A DNA stretch of 59,360 bases, filler included. It is 5 parts of 5 records of this genome, joined end to end, with 100 filler letters (N's around TTAATTAATTAA, not from the genome) between each part and the next. Parts side by side here need not be neighbours in the genome. Positions count along the whole stretch, not along the records: positions 29,615 to 41,167 come from DRR723986_8471; positions 41,268 to 54,024 come from DRR723986_8474; 3 more parts are not named here. One strand, given 5' to 3'. Every line of letters begins with the position of its first letter. Position 1 is the first letter of the stretch. Of this stretch, positions 41,131 to 50,599 are shown piece after piece. Below the pieces are notes generated by a model. The model had not been told where the DNA came from. It made no database searches and was given only the letters and a program-made list of their open reading frames with translations. Made by a program: the position numbers and the translations under genes.

Positions 41131-41167
41131 ATGCCCGAACGCAGACACACGGTTCAGCCCGGCCGCT
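41131..41167 (+). CDS. Probable start of a gene cut by the contig end (MPERRHTVQPGR...)
   Basis: GAGAGGAAGAC RBS-like sequence before an ATG; only 12 codons visible. Confidence 0.4.
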
Positions 41168-41267
41168 NNNNNNNNNNNNNNNNNNNNNNNNNNNNNNNNN
41201 NNNNNNNNNNNTTAATTAATTAANNNNNNNNNNNNNNNNNNNNNNNNNNNNNNNNNNNNNNNNNNNN
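41168..41267. other. Artificial contig spacer
   Basis: N runs flanking TTAATTAATTAA. Confidence 0.99.
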
Positions 41268-41268
41268 T

Positions 41269-42225
41269 TTCCCGACCGAACGCTGGTTCTGGTTCGATCC
41301 GCCCTTCAACAAGGACCAGTCGGCTCTTTTGCACAAGCAGCCGGACGGGGTCTGGCGCATCGATCTTCAGCTAGGCTGGGACATCGATAAGGAAGAAGAA
41401 AAGAAACCGGAAAACGTCATTCCCCGGCTCAAGCAGATGCTGGGCGCGGATGTCGAATTCGATCTGGAGTGGGTGTCGATCTACACATTCCAGTGCCGCC
41501 GCATGGAAAAGTTCCGCCATGGCCGGGTGATCTTTGCCGGCGACAGTGCTCACCAGGTGTCGCCTTTCGGTGCGCGTGGTGCCAACTCCGGGTTCCAGGA
41601 TGCCGACAATCTCGGCTGGAAGCTGAAGCTGGTCATTGACGGCAAGGCTCCGGAGAGCCTTCTGGACAGCTATGCTTTTGAGCGCGAAATGGCCGCAGAC
41701 GAAAATATCCTGCAAAGCTCGCGTTCAACCGACTTCATTACTCCCAAATCGGAAATCAGCCGTATTTTCCGTGATGCGGTGCTGGACCTTTCCGAACATC
41801 ACGCCTTTGCGCGGCCTCTGGTCAATTCCGGAAGGCTGTCCGTTCCTTGCGTCTATGACGGTTCGAAGCTCAATGGACCGGATGTGGAAGGCCTGCCCGC
41901 GCGCACAAGACCGGGAAGCCCGGCTGTGGATGCGCCTCTGGCAGACGGCTGGCTGCTTGACTGGCTTGGCAGCGGCTTCCATCTGCTTGGCATCGGCGCC
42001 GAAGTACCCGAGAAGCTTCTGATCGACGGTATCGAAATTACCGGTGTCAGCATTGCGACTTCTGCGGCCGGTCAGGAGCTCAAGGACCGCTATCTGGGTG
42101 ACGAGGCTTCGGCTGTCTATCTGATCCGGCCAGACCAGCATGTGGCGTCGCGCTGGACAGACTATGACCGCACTGCGGTCGAAAACGCATTTGCAATTGC
42201 ACTCGGGAAAGTCGGAGAGGCCTGA
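41269..42225 (+). CDS. FAD-dependent monooxygenase/oxidoreductase, C-terminal part
   Basis: Frame open from the contig start (FPTERWFWFDPPFN); GRVIFAGDSAHQVSPFGARGANSGFQDADNLGWKL; LIRPDQHV. Confidence 0.92.
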   Translation, partial: FPTERWFWFDPPFNKDQSALLHKQPDGVWRIDLQLGWDIDKEEEKKPENVIPRLKQMLGADVEFDLEWVSIYTFQCRRMEKFRHGRVIFAGDSAHQVSPFGARGANSGFQDADNLGWKLKLVIDGKAPESLLDSYAFEREMAADENILQSSRSTDFITPKSEISRIFRDAVLDLSEHHAFARPLVNSGRLSVPCVYDGSKLNGPDVEGLPARTRPGSPAVDAPLADGWLLDWLGSGFHLLGIGAEVPEKLLIDGIEITGVSIATSAAGQELKDRYLGDEASAVYLIRPDQHVASRWTDYDRTAVENAFAIALGKVGEA

Positions 42226-42413
42226 TGGCGGAGATTGTCACCAAAGCGAACCTTGAAACGCCCGACGGGTTTTATGCTGACCTGCTGACCGCCCATGAAG
42301 GCCTCACAAAGGCCGAAAGCGATGCGTTCAATGCCCGGCTGATCCTGTTGATGGCAAACCAGATCGGTGAGCGGCAGGTGCTCGAAAAGCTGCTTGAGGC
42401 CGCCAAACAATAG
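42225..42413 (+). CDS. DUF2783-like small protein
   Basis: PDGFYADLL.AHEGL...NARLILLMANQIG; start overlaps the upstream stop (TGATG). Confidence 0.85.
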   Translation: MAEIVTKANLETPDGFYADLLTAHEGLTKAESDAFNARLILLMANQIGERQVLEKLLEAAKQ

Positions 42414-42711
42414 GTCGAACAGGGCGTCGCGCAGGTGTTGTTGCCGTACGCATTGAGGCTTTTGACGAGGGTGTGAGAGATTCGCCCAATCACACTCTCG
42501 GTAGAATTTCAGTTTCACCTGATAGCAATGCAGGTAATCGGAATTATTTTGGGCAAAAATAATTTTTAGAAAAATGTCCAGTATCGTCTTGTCGATAAAG
42601 ACTAAAAAACGCCCGATTTAATTCGTGACGGCTAACAAAAGTCGAACCCGAAATTTTTCACCAATTGTTTATCTGCCCACACCTTCAATCGCGGAAAGTG
42701 CGGGGGAAACA

Positions 42712-45156
42712 ATGTCCAGGTTACTTACACCTTTAAAGAATGTGCGCCTTTCTGCGAAAGTAGGCGGTGGCTTTGCAGCCATGATTCTTGTCGCCGCCGC
42801 GGTCGGTGCCGTGGGCGCGGTCGCTATTCTCGGCCTCAGAACACAGTCGGATGTCAGTGCGAAGGCAACAACCGCAATGGCAAACCTTCAGCAGGTCGCA
42901 CAAGCGCAGGAAGCCTATCTCTCGGATCGCACACCGGAGCTGGCTGACGCAGCCCGGTTTCAGATTGATCAATTGGAAACTGCGCTGGTCACGCTCGATG
43001 GCGTCTCGGGGCCTGGAGAGGGCGAAACGGCCACCGCAGAGGCCATCTCGCTGGTAGGTCAGCTTGGTGGCGAGTTTGATGGTGTCGTACAGGCTGTCGA
43101 GAACCGGCAGGCTCAGGTCGACAAGTTGCTGCGGTCCGCTGTCAATCTGGCAACCATCGCTGCCCAGATCAACGACAAGATGAGCAAGATCCAGCGTGAT
43201 GCGGGCGGCGCCGCCAAGACCGCATCAGGCACACGCAACCGGGCTGACAAGGTCGGGCGCATGTTGTCGGATATGGAAGACCTCGTCGCCGGTCTGGAAG
43301 CCAGGATCGCCGAGGTGAGTGAAGGTGCTGATCTTCCGCCCGAAACGGTGGCGGCCATTGTGGAGGGCACGCAGACCCTGGCAAAGACGGCAGCGAAGGC
43401 TGGAAAGCTGAAGGTGGACGGCGTAGACCCGGCAAAGGTCAAGGAATTGGCGGACATGGCGGCAGCGCTCGGTGAAAAACTGCCGAAGCCGGAAGCGGAC
43501 GGCGCTCGGCCGGCACCAGTGTCGGCTGCCGTTGCTGCGGATCTCGTAGCGGGACTGGAGAAACTCCACACTCAGGCCTCTGCCTTGCGAAAGACGGTTT
43601 ATGCGGCAACCGATGACGCCAAGTCGATTGCCGGCAAGGCAACGTCGAAACTCGGTATCGTCGATCTCGTCAATGTGAACGTGAACAAGTACCAGAACGC
43701 GTCCCTGGATATTCGCTCTGCGACAATGGAGTATTTTGCCGGCTTCGATACAATTGGTGCAGAAGAGGTTCTCAACCGTATCGAAACGCTGCGCTACCTC
43801 GCCAATCTGCTGAAGGCGGACAGTGCCGCTTTCCCGGAAATCGCGGATGCCATTGCGTCGATCGAGGCAGAGGTTGGCACTTATGAGGCCGAATTCGCCG
43901 CCATGGTCACCGCGAAGGATGCGTTCGATGTCAGACGGACAGAGCTTGTTGCACTGTCCGGCAAGGTTCGCAGTGTCATCACGGCCCTCACGGAGGCTCA
44001 GTCCGCGGGAGCTTATGCGCGGGCCGGTACCGCGCTTGGGCTGATCGCGGTCGCACTCGTCGTCGCCGTTGCAGCCGGTGGACTGCTGGCCTTTGTTCTT
44101 TCTCTCGTGATCACGCGCCCGACACGGGCATTGACCGAAGCCATGGGCCGCCTCGCGGAGGGGGATATCGACGCCACCATTCCCTCGACTGATCAGCGGG
44201 ACGAAATCGGAGACATGAGCCGCACCGTTCAGGTGTTTCAGGAAAACGCCCGCGAACGGATTCGCCTGGAAATCGAAGCGAATGCCCATCGCGAGGCCCA
44301 GAATGCGCGTCAGCAGGACATCGAAGATCTGATCCAGAACTTCCGAGGTGAGATCCAGGGACTTCTTGGTGCGCTGGACGAAACGGCCGCCGGCATGTCC
44401 AACACAGCTTCGGCACTTGGCGGCATCGCGGAAAGCAGTGCGGAACAGGCAGGCGATACTTCCAGGGTCAGTGAAGACGCCAGCATGAGCGTTGAAAACG
44501 TTGCCGGTGCGGCCGAGGAACTGTCGGCATCCATCGCCGAAATCGGGGAACAGGTACGCCGGTCTTCCGACATCGTCACGTCGGCGACGAGCGCGGTACA
44601 CGAGACCAATGGCAAGGTGCAAGGACTGGCGGAAGCAGCCTCGAAGATTGGCGAAGTGGTCAGCCTGATCCAGGCGATTGCCGAACAGACCAATCTTCTG
44701 GCGTTGAACGCCACTATCGAAGCGGCTCGTGCAGGCGAAGCAGGCAAGGGCTTTGCCGTTGTGGCCGCCGAAGTCAAGGAACTGGCGACACAGACTTCGA
44801 AGGCAACCGAAGAAATCTCGTCCCAGATCCAGACCATTCAGAACTCCACCAGCGAAGCCGTCGCGGCCATCGGGGCAATTTCCGACACGATGGAAGAGGT
44901 CAACGGTTACACTCAGGGAATCTCAGCAGCCGTTACCCAGCAGGGCGCGGCCACCAACGAGATTTCCGGAAATGTGCAGCGGGCGGCCCAGAGTACGCAG
45001 GCTGTTCAAACCAATATGTCCAGCCTCGCCCGCGCGGTTGGCGATACCAAGGAAGCATCGGGGGATGTTCTGGCTGCTTCAGGAGACCTGAGCAACCGCA
45101 GCAACGCTCTGAAGCAGGGAATTGAAACCTTCCTGGCCCGCGTTGCAGCAGCTTGA
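42712..45156 (+). CDS. Methyl-accepting chemotaxis protein
   Basis: TM1, long helical periplasmic region, TM2, HAMP (DEIGDM), signalling hairpin [34 protein letters not shown]. Confidence 0.95.
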   Translation: MSRLLTPLKNVRLSAKVGGGFAAMILVAAAVGAVGAVAILGLRTQSDVSAKATTAMANLQQVAQAQEAYLSDRTPELADAARFQIDQLETALVTLDGVSGPGEGETATAEAISLVGQLGGEFDGVVQAVENRQAQVDKLLRSAVNLATIAAQINDKMSKIQRDAGGAAKTASGTRNRADKVGRMLSDMEDLVAGLEARIAEVSEGADLPPETVAAIVEGTQTLAKTAAKAGKLKVDGVDPAKVKELADMAAALGEKLPKPEADGARPAPVSAAVAADLVAGLEKLHTQASALRKTVYAATDDAKSIAGKATSKLGIVDLVNVNVNKYQNASLDIRSATMEYFAGFDTIGAEEVLNRIETLRYLANLLKADSAAFPEIADAIASIEAEVGTYEAEFAAMVTAKDAFDVRRTELVALSGKVRSVITALTEAQSAGAYARAGTALGLIAVALVVAVAAGGLLAFVLSLVITRPTRALTEAMGRLAEGDIDATIPSTDQRDEIGDMSRTVQVFQENARERIRLEIEANAHREAQNARQQDIEDLIQNFRGEIQGLLGALDETAAGMSNTASALGGIAESSAEQAGDTSRVSEDASMSVENVAGAAEELSASIAEIGEQVRRSSDIVTSATSAVHETNGKVQGLAEAASKIGEVVSLIQAIAEQTNLLALNATIEAARAGEAGKGFAVVAAEVKELATQTSKATEEISSQIQTIQNSTSEAVAAIGAISDTMEEVNGYTQGISAAVTQQGAATNEISGNVQRAAQSTQAVQTNMSSLARAVGDTKEASGDVLAASGDLSNRSNALKQGIETFLARVAAA

Positions 45157-45182
45157 CGGCAAACGGGAAAGGCAACTCTTCG

Positions 45183-45219
45183 GCACCCCACCGGACTCCG
45201 ATCCGGTGGAGTGCTTTTT
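45183..45219 (+). terminator. Rho-independent terminator after MCP
   Basis: GCACCCCACCGGA-CTCCGA-TCCGGTGGAGTGC (one mismatch) followed by TTTTT. Confidence 0.8.
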
Positions 45220-45341
45220 ATTCGATTGATACATCGGCATGACACGCTTCAACCTTAATGCAGGAACAAGGTTGGGCTTGCCCGGTGACGCCGCGTTCTT
45301 CTTGAGGTGGGTCGCCGGGCGACGGTACATCAAGACAAGAA

Positions 45342-45397
45342 TGATATTGCAACTCATTCGCAACAAGCTTGACAGTTGCGAATGAGTTGCAATATCA
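45342..45397. promoter_or_regulatory. Two Mur/Fur-type boxes in perfect inverted repeat around a TTGACA -35 element (sitA promoter)
   Basis: TGATATTGCAACTCATTCGCAAC-aagcTTGACA-GTTGCGAATGAGTTGCAATATCA; each arm contains a TGCA-N7-CGCA Mur-box-like palindrome; directly upstream of sitA. Confidence 0.82.
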
Positions 45398-45425
45398 CTT
45401 GCAGAAATGATGTTCGAACCGGGGT

Positions 45426-46334
45426 ATGGTGATGTTGAAAAAACTGCTTCTGACGGTCTCTCTTGCGGCACTTGCAGCCGGACCGGTAAACGGCGCTTCC
45501 GCACAGGACAAAATGAAAGTGGTGACCACATTCACCGTTCTTGCCGACATTGCGCAGAATGTTGCCGGGGAGACCGCCGACGTGGTCTCGATCACCAAGC
45601 CGGGTGCCGAAATCCACGGTTATGAGCCGACACCGCAGGACATCGTGCGGGCATCCGACGCGGACCTGATCCTGTGGAACGGCATGAACCTTGAGCGGTG
45701 GTTCGAGCAGTTTCTGTCCAACCTAGGCGACATCCCCTCCGTAACCCTTACAGACGGGATCGAACCGATCTCGATCGCGTCGGGTTCCTATGAAGGAAAG
45801 CCGAACCCGCATGCGTGGATGGGCCTGGACAACGCGCTGATCTATATCGACAACATCTCCAAGGCATTTGCCCAATACGACCCGGAGAATGCGGCGGTCT
45901 ATGCCGGCAACGCGGATGCCTACAAGGCAAAGCTGCGCGAAACCATAGAGCCGCTGCGCCAGGCCGTTGCCGATATCCCGGAAGACAAGCGCTGGCTGGT
46001 GACCTGTGAAGGCGCGTTCAGTTATCTCGCTCGCGATTTCGGGATGAAGGAGCTGTACCTCTGGCCGATCAACGCCGATCAGGTCGGCACGCCGCAGCAG
46101 GTCCGTTCGGTGATTGACGGGGTGCGTGAGCACGACATCCCGGTCGTCTTCTGCGAGAGCACGGTCAACACTTCGCCTGCCAAGCAGGTGGCCCGGGAAA
46201 CCGGCGCGAGATATGGCGGCGACCTTTATGTCGATTCCCTGAGCGAGGCGGACGGCAAAGTGCCCACCTACCTGGATTTGCTGAAGGTCACCTCGAGCAC
46301 GGTGGTCGAGGGGCTGAAATCCAATTCACAGTGA
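45426..46334 (+). CDS. sitA: Mn/Fe ABC transporter substrate-binding protein
   Basis: Signal peptide, AEIHGYEPTP, NPHAW, CEGAF, YVDSL metal-ligand motifs. Confidence 0.94.
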   Translation: MVMLKKLLLTVSLAALAAGPVNGASAQDKMKVVTTFTVLADIAQNVAGETADVVSITKPGAEIHGYEPTPQDIVRASDADLILWNGMNLERWFEQFLSNLGDIPSVTLTDGIEPISIASGSYEGKPNPHAWMGLDNALIYIDNISKAFAQYDPENAAVYAGNADAYKAKLRETIEPLRQAVADIPEDKRWLVTCEGAFSYLARDFGMKELYLWPINADQVGTPQQVRSVIDGVREHDIPVVFCESTVNTSPAKQVARETGARYGGDLYVDSLSEADGKVPTYLDLLKVTSSTVVEGLKSNSQ

Positions 46335-46355
46335 TGGCCCGTAATAAAGACAGCC

Positions 46356-46379
46356 GGGCAGCATGACCCGATGCTGCCC
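46356..46379 (+). other. Intercistronic stem-loop between sitA and sitB
   Basis: GGGCAGCAT-GACCCG-ATGCTGCCC, 9-bp perfect stem. Confidence 0.65.
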
Positions 46380-46422
46380 TTGATTGTGTCACAGTAACTT
46401 CGGATTGTACTGGAAAGCCTGC

Positions 46423-47322
46423 ATGCTGAATGTCATCAAGGAACCGGTTATGGATATGCCCAACGTCAGGGACGATGGCGGAATTGCCGCCGAGGACGTT
46501 ACGGTTACCTACCGGAACGGACATACGGCACTCTGGAACGCCAGCTTCTCGATCCCGCGCGGCACCGTCACGGCTCTGGTCGGCGTCAATGGCGCGGGCA
46601 AGTCGACGCTGTTCAAGGCCATCATGGGGTTCGTGCCCACAGCCAAGGGGCGCATCCGGATCCTGGATATGACCGTCCGGGAAGCCCTCAAGAAAAACCT
46701 CGTCGCCTACGTTCCCCAATCGGAGGAAGTCGACTGGTCATTCCCCGTTCTGGTGGAGGACGTGGTGATGATGGGCCGTTACGGCCACATGGGGTTTTTG
46801 CGACGGCCAAAGCCTGCGGATCATGCCGCGGTCGACCAGGCACTGACCCGCGTGAACATGCAGGATTTCCGGCATCGGCAGATTGGCGAGCTTTCCGGCG
46901 GTCAGCGCAAGCGCGTCTTTCTCGCCCGCGCTCTTGCCCAGGACGGCCAGGTGATCCTGCTGGACGAACCTTTCACCGGCGTCGACGTGAAAACCGAGGA
47001 ACAGATCGTGGCGTTGCTGCGGGAGTTACAGGCCGAGGGCAGGGTGATGCTTGTCTCCACCCATAACCTCGGTTCCGTTCCCGAATTCTGCGACAGGACG
47101 GTGCTGGTCAAGGGAACGGTGCTCGACTACGGGCCAACCGCGACAACCTTCACCCGTCAGAACCTGGAGAAGGCCTTTGGTGGGGTGCTGCGCCATTTCA
47201 CCATTTCCGACCAGACCCTGCACACCGATGGCGATCAGCGTACGGTGACGATCCTGACCGACGACGAGCGCCCGTTCGTTCAATATGGCGACGAAGTGCA
47301 GACAAGAGAGGCGCGCGACTGA
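46423..47322 (+). CDS. sitB: Mn/Fe ABC transporter ATP-binding protein
   Basis: [21 protein letters not shown], SitB-type tail [10 protein letters not shown]; exact start uncertain. Confidence 0.94.
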   Translation: MLNVIKEPVMDMPNVRDDGGIAAEDVTVTYRNGHTALWNASFSIPRGTVTALVGVNGAGKSTLFKAIMGFVPTAKGRIRILDMTVREALKKNLVAYVPQSEEVDWSFPVLVEDVVMMGRYGHMGFLRRPKPADHAAVDQALTRVNMQDFRHRQIGELSGGQRKRVFLARALAQDGQVILLDEPFTGVDVKTEEQIVALLRELQAEGRVMLVSTHNLGSVPEFCDRTVLVKGTVLDYGPTATTFTRQNLEKAFGGVLRHFTISDQTLHTDGDQRTVTILTDDERPFVQYGDEVQTREARD

Positions 47323-48233
47323 TGGAGCCTTTCAGTTTCGCCTATCTTCTCGAACCCTTTCAATACGGCTACATGACCAATGCCATGTGGGTTTCCGCAC
47401 TTGTCGGCGGGGTTTGCGCGTTTCTGTCGTCCTACCTGATGTTGAAGGGCTGGTCGCTGATCGGCGATGCCCTGTCTCACTCGGTCGTGCCGGGGGTGGC
47501 CGGTGCCTATATCCTGGGCCTGCCGTTTTCCCTTGGGGCCTTTCTGGCGGGCGGACTTGCAGCCGGGGCCATGCTGTTCCTGTCCGAACGTTCGGGCCTG
47601 AAGGTCGACGTGATCATCGGCCTCATCTTCACGTCCTTCTTCGGCCTTGGTCTCTTCATCGTTTCCATCAGCCCCATGTCGGTCTCGGTCCAGACGATCA
47701 CCATGGGCAACATTCTGGCCATCACGCCGGAAGATACTATGCAACTGGCCATCATCGGCTTTGTGTCGCTGGCGATCCTGACGCTCAAGTGGAAGGATCT
47801 GATGGTCACGTTCTTTGACGAAAGCCATGCCCGCACAATCGGTCTGAGGCCCGGTCTCCTCAAGGCAATCTTCTTCGTGCTTCTGTCCGCTTCCGTGGTT
47901 GCGGCCATGCAGACGGTCGGGGCTTTTCTCGTTATTGCAATGGTGGTCACGCCTGGTGCGACAGCCTACCTCTTGTGCGACCGCTTCCCGCGCCTGATCC
48001 TGACCTCCATCGCGATCGGCACGCTGACCAGCTTTGCCGGAGCCTATATCAGCTACTTTCTGGACGGGGCCACAGGCGGTATCATTGTCACCTTGCAGAC
48101 CCTGATCTTCCTGTTCACATTCGTTCTGGCGCCAAAGCACGGCCTTCTGGCCGCCAGGCGCAAGTCGGCGGAAGCTCTTCGCCGGGGATACGCTGCGGAC
48201 GTTGCGAAATCAGAAGCGGGAGATCAGGCCTGA
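47322..48233 (+). CDS. sitC: Mn/Fe ABC transporter permease
   Basis: GWSLIGDALSHSVVPG; ABC-3 permease pattern. Confidence 0.92.
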   Translation: MEPFSFAYLLEPFQYGYMTNAMWVSALVGGVCAFLSSYLMLKGWSLIGDALSHSVVPGVAGAYILGLPFSLGAFLAGGLAAGAMLFLSERSGLKVDVIIGLIFTSFFGLGLFIVSISPMSVSVQTITMGNILAITPEDTMQLAIIGFVSLAILTLKWKDLMVTFFDESHARTIGLRPGLLKAIFFVLLSASVVAAMQTVGAFLVIAMVVTPGATAYLLCDRFPRLILTSIAIGTLTSFAGAYISYFLDGATGGIIVTLQTLIFLFTFVLAPKHGLLAARRKSAEALRRGYAADVAKSEAGDQA

Positions 48234-49084
48234 TGGACCTCGAGACACTGCTTCTGCCGTTCAAGTTCCCCTTCATGCGGAACGCGTTTCTGATTTGCGT
48301 GATCGTGTCCATCCCGACGGCCCTCTTGTCGAGTTTCCTGGTGATCAAGGGGTGGGCCCTGATGGGGGACGCTGTCAGCCACGCGGTTTTACCAGGCATC
48401 GTACTGGCTTACATCTTTGGTATTCCGCTGATCGTCGGCGCTTTTGCCGCCGGCATGGTCTGTGCCGTGCTGACGGGTTACCTGTCGGGCAACAGCCGGG
48501 TGAAGCAGGATACCGTGATGGGGGTCGTGTTTTCCGGCATGTTCGGTGTCGGCATCGTGCTTTACGTCTCCATCCGGACAAACGCTCATCTGGACCACAT
48601 CCTGTTCGGCAACATGCTGGGCGTGGAGCAGCACGAGCTTGTAACAGCTGGCATCATCGCTCTTGTTGTCGGCGGTGGGCTGGTTCTGAAGTGGAAAGAC
48701 CTTCTGTTGCACAGTTTCGATCCCGCCCAGGCTCAGGCCTCCGGTTTGCCGGTAAAGCTGTTGCACTACGGCCTTCTGGCGGCACTGTCGCTGACGATCG
48801 TGGCAACGCTTTCTGCTGCGGGCCTTATCCTGGCGGTTGCCTTGCTCATTGCACCCGGGGCAATCGCATTCCTTTTGGTCCGCACCTTCAAGTCGATGCT
48901 TTACGTGTCGGTGCTGGTCTGCATGGTGTCAATGGTCGCAGGCACCTACGCCAGCTTCTTTCTGGACAGCGCGCCGGCCCCCACCATCGTCCTCATTTTG
49001 ACAGCCGTTTTCATCGCCGCGTTTGCCCGCCGCCAGATCCTGACCCGGCAGGCTTCCCTGCGCCGCGTTGACGACGCCGCATAG
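48233..49084 (+). CDS. sitD: Mn/Fe ABC transporter permease
   Basis: GWALMGDAVSHAVLPG, HLDHILFGNMLG; TGATG coupling to sitC. Confidence 0.92.
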   Translation: MDLETLLLPFKFPFMRNAFLICVIVSIPTALLSSFLVIKGWALMGDAVSHAVLPGIVLAYIFGIPLIVGAFAAGMVCAVLTGYLSGNSRVKQDTVMGVVFSGMFGVGIVLYVSIRTNAHLDHILFGNMLGVEQHELVTAGIIALVVGGGLVLKWKDLLLHSFDPAQAQASGLPVKLLHYGLLAALSLTIVATLSAAGLILAVALLIAPGAIAFLLVRTFKSMLYVSVLVCMVSMVAGTYASFFLDSAPAPTIVLILTAVFIAAFARRQILTRQASLRRVDDAA

Positions 49085-49110
49085 GGACGGATCCTGCCAT
49101 ACCGAAAGAG

Positions 49111-49139
49111 AACCGGTGCCGGACGCTCGGCACTGGTTT
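49111..49139 (+). terminator. Putative terminator after sitD
   Basis: AACCGGTGCCG-GACGCT-CGGCACTGGTT hairpin; U-tract is short. Confidence 0.5.
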
Positions 49140-49389
49140 CGGGCAATCACTACGCTATCTGGATAGAAATCCCGGCCAGAAGACGTTCTCACGGCGGTTC
49201 CGGCAGTCAGTTTCTATATCATAGGTAGAATTTGCAAAGATGGAACAACTCATTGGCGTGAAAGTGTGTCGTTTCGCTTACAAATTGGTACACCTTATCG
49301 ATTGTTGGCATACGGGAATTGCCGTAGATAACTGGTTTCAGGAAACAACCGTTTTCGGCAGTGCCGGCAAGTTCTGATCGGAGTTCCAA

Positions 49390-50568
49390 TTGTCAATTTG
49401 GAAACAGCTCGTTCTCACCCTCCTGGTTGTCATCGTGGCGGCGGGGCTCTGGGTTCGTTATTATCCGGGAGCCGGCACGCACCTGTCCGCCTGGGGGATC
49501 GACTGGCTGGATTTTGCCGTCGCCGATGCAGCGCCTAGCGGAGGCGATCAACCACGGCGTGGCCGGGGTGGGCCGCAAGGCGCCGTCGTTGCAACGCCGG
49601 TCGTCGAAATCACGATCAATGACCGTCTGTCGGCGATCGGTACCAGCACGGCACTGCAGTCTGTTGCCGTGACGCCTTATACAAGCGGCCGCATGACAGA
49701 GGTTCTGGTCAAGTCCGGCGCCACCGTGAAGGCAGGAGATGCCATTGCCAAACTGGATCTGGACGCCGAGCAGATCGCCGTCGAGAGAGCCGCAAATGCT
49801 CTGAAGGATGCCGAGGCCCGGCTTCAGCGTATGCAGGTGCTGCGAAAAACCAATACGGCTACGGCTGTTCAGGTGACAGACGCGGAACTCTCGGTAGACA
49901 ATGCGCGGCTGCAACTTCGCGAAGCCGAACTGGCGCTCTCCCGCCGCTCCATCGAAACTCCGATCGCCGGCGTGGTCGGCATTCTTCCCATTACCGCAGG
50001 CAATTACGTTTCCTCGCAGACCGTCATCGCAACCATTGACGACCGCAGTGAAATTCTTGTCGACTTCTGGGTTCCGGAGCGGTTCGCCTCTGCTATCACA
50101 GTGGGATCTCCGATCACCGCCACGTCGGTCGCCCGCCCGGGTGAAACCTTCGAGGGTGTCATCAGTGCCGTCGACAACCGCATCGATATCGACAGCCGCA
50201 CACTTCAGGTTCGTGCCCGTTTTCCGAACAAGGCCGACAAGTTGAGAGCCGGCATGTCGTTCCAGGTTTCGATGAAGTTTCCCGGCGACAAGTATCCGGC
50301 GGTTGATCCGCTGGCCGTGCAATGGGGTTCCGACGGTGCCTTCGTCTGGGCCGTGCGTGAAGGCAAGGGCGTTCGTGTCCCGGTCAGCATTATCCAGCGC
50401 AACACCGACAGCGTGCTGGTCGACGCGGAGCTGACGGTCAACGACGAGGTCGTGACCGAAGGCATTCATCTGGTTCGCAACGGAGCCGACGTGACGGTTG
50501 CTGACCGCAAACAGGCTCCGGCATCGGACACTCCGGCGACAGCTGCTTCCAGCCAAAGCGGTTCCTGA
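49390..50568 (+). CDS. RND efflux periplasmic adaptor (MFP) subunit
   Basis: TTG start after GGAG; N-terminal TM, lipoyl halves, helical hairpin, IETPIAGVVG, VDFWVPE, LRAGM. Confidence 0.92.
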   Translation: MSIWKQLVLTLLVVIVAAGLWVRYYPGAGTHLSAWGIDWLDFAVADAAPSGGDQPRRGRGGPQGAVVATPVVEITINDRLSAIGTSTALQSVAVTPYTSGRMTEVLVKSGATVKAGDAIAKLDLDAEQIAVERAANALKDAEARLQRMQVLRKTNTATAVQVTDAELSVDNARLQLREAELALSRRSIETPIAGVVGILPITAGNYVSSQTVIATIDDRSEILVDFWVPERFASAITVGSPITATSVARPGETFEGVISAVDNRIDIDSRTLQVRARFPNKADKLRAGMSFQVSMKFPGDKYPAVDPLAVQWGSDGAFVWAVREGKGVRVPVSIIQRNTDSVLVDAELTVNDEVVTEGIHLVRNGADVTVADRKQAPASDTPATAASSQSGS

Positions 50569-50599
50569 GAATTGACCTGAAGGTCTTGGAGAGATTGCC

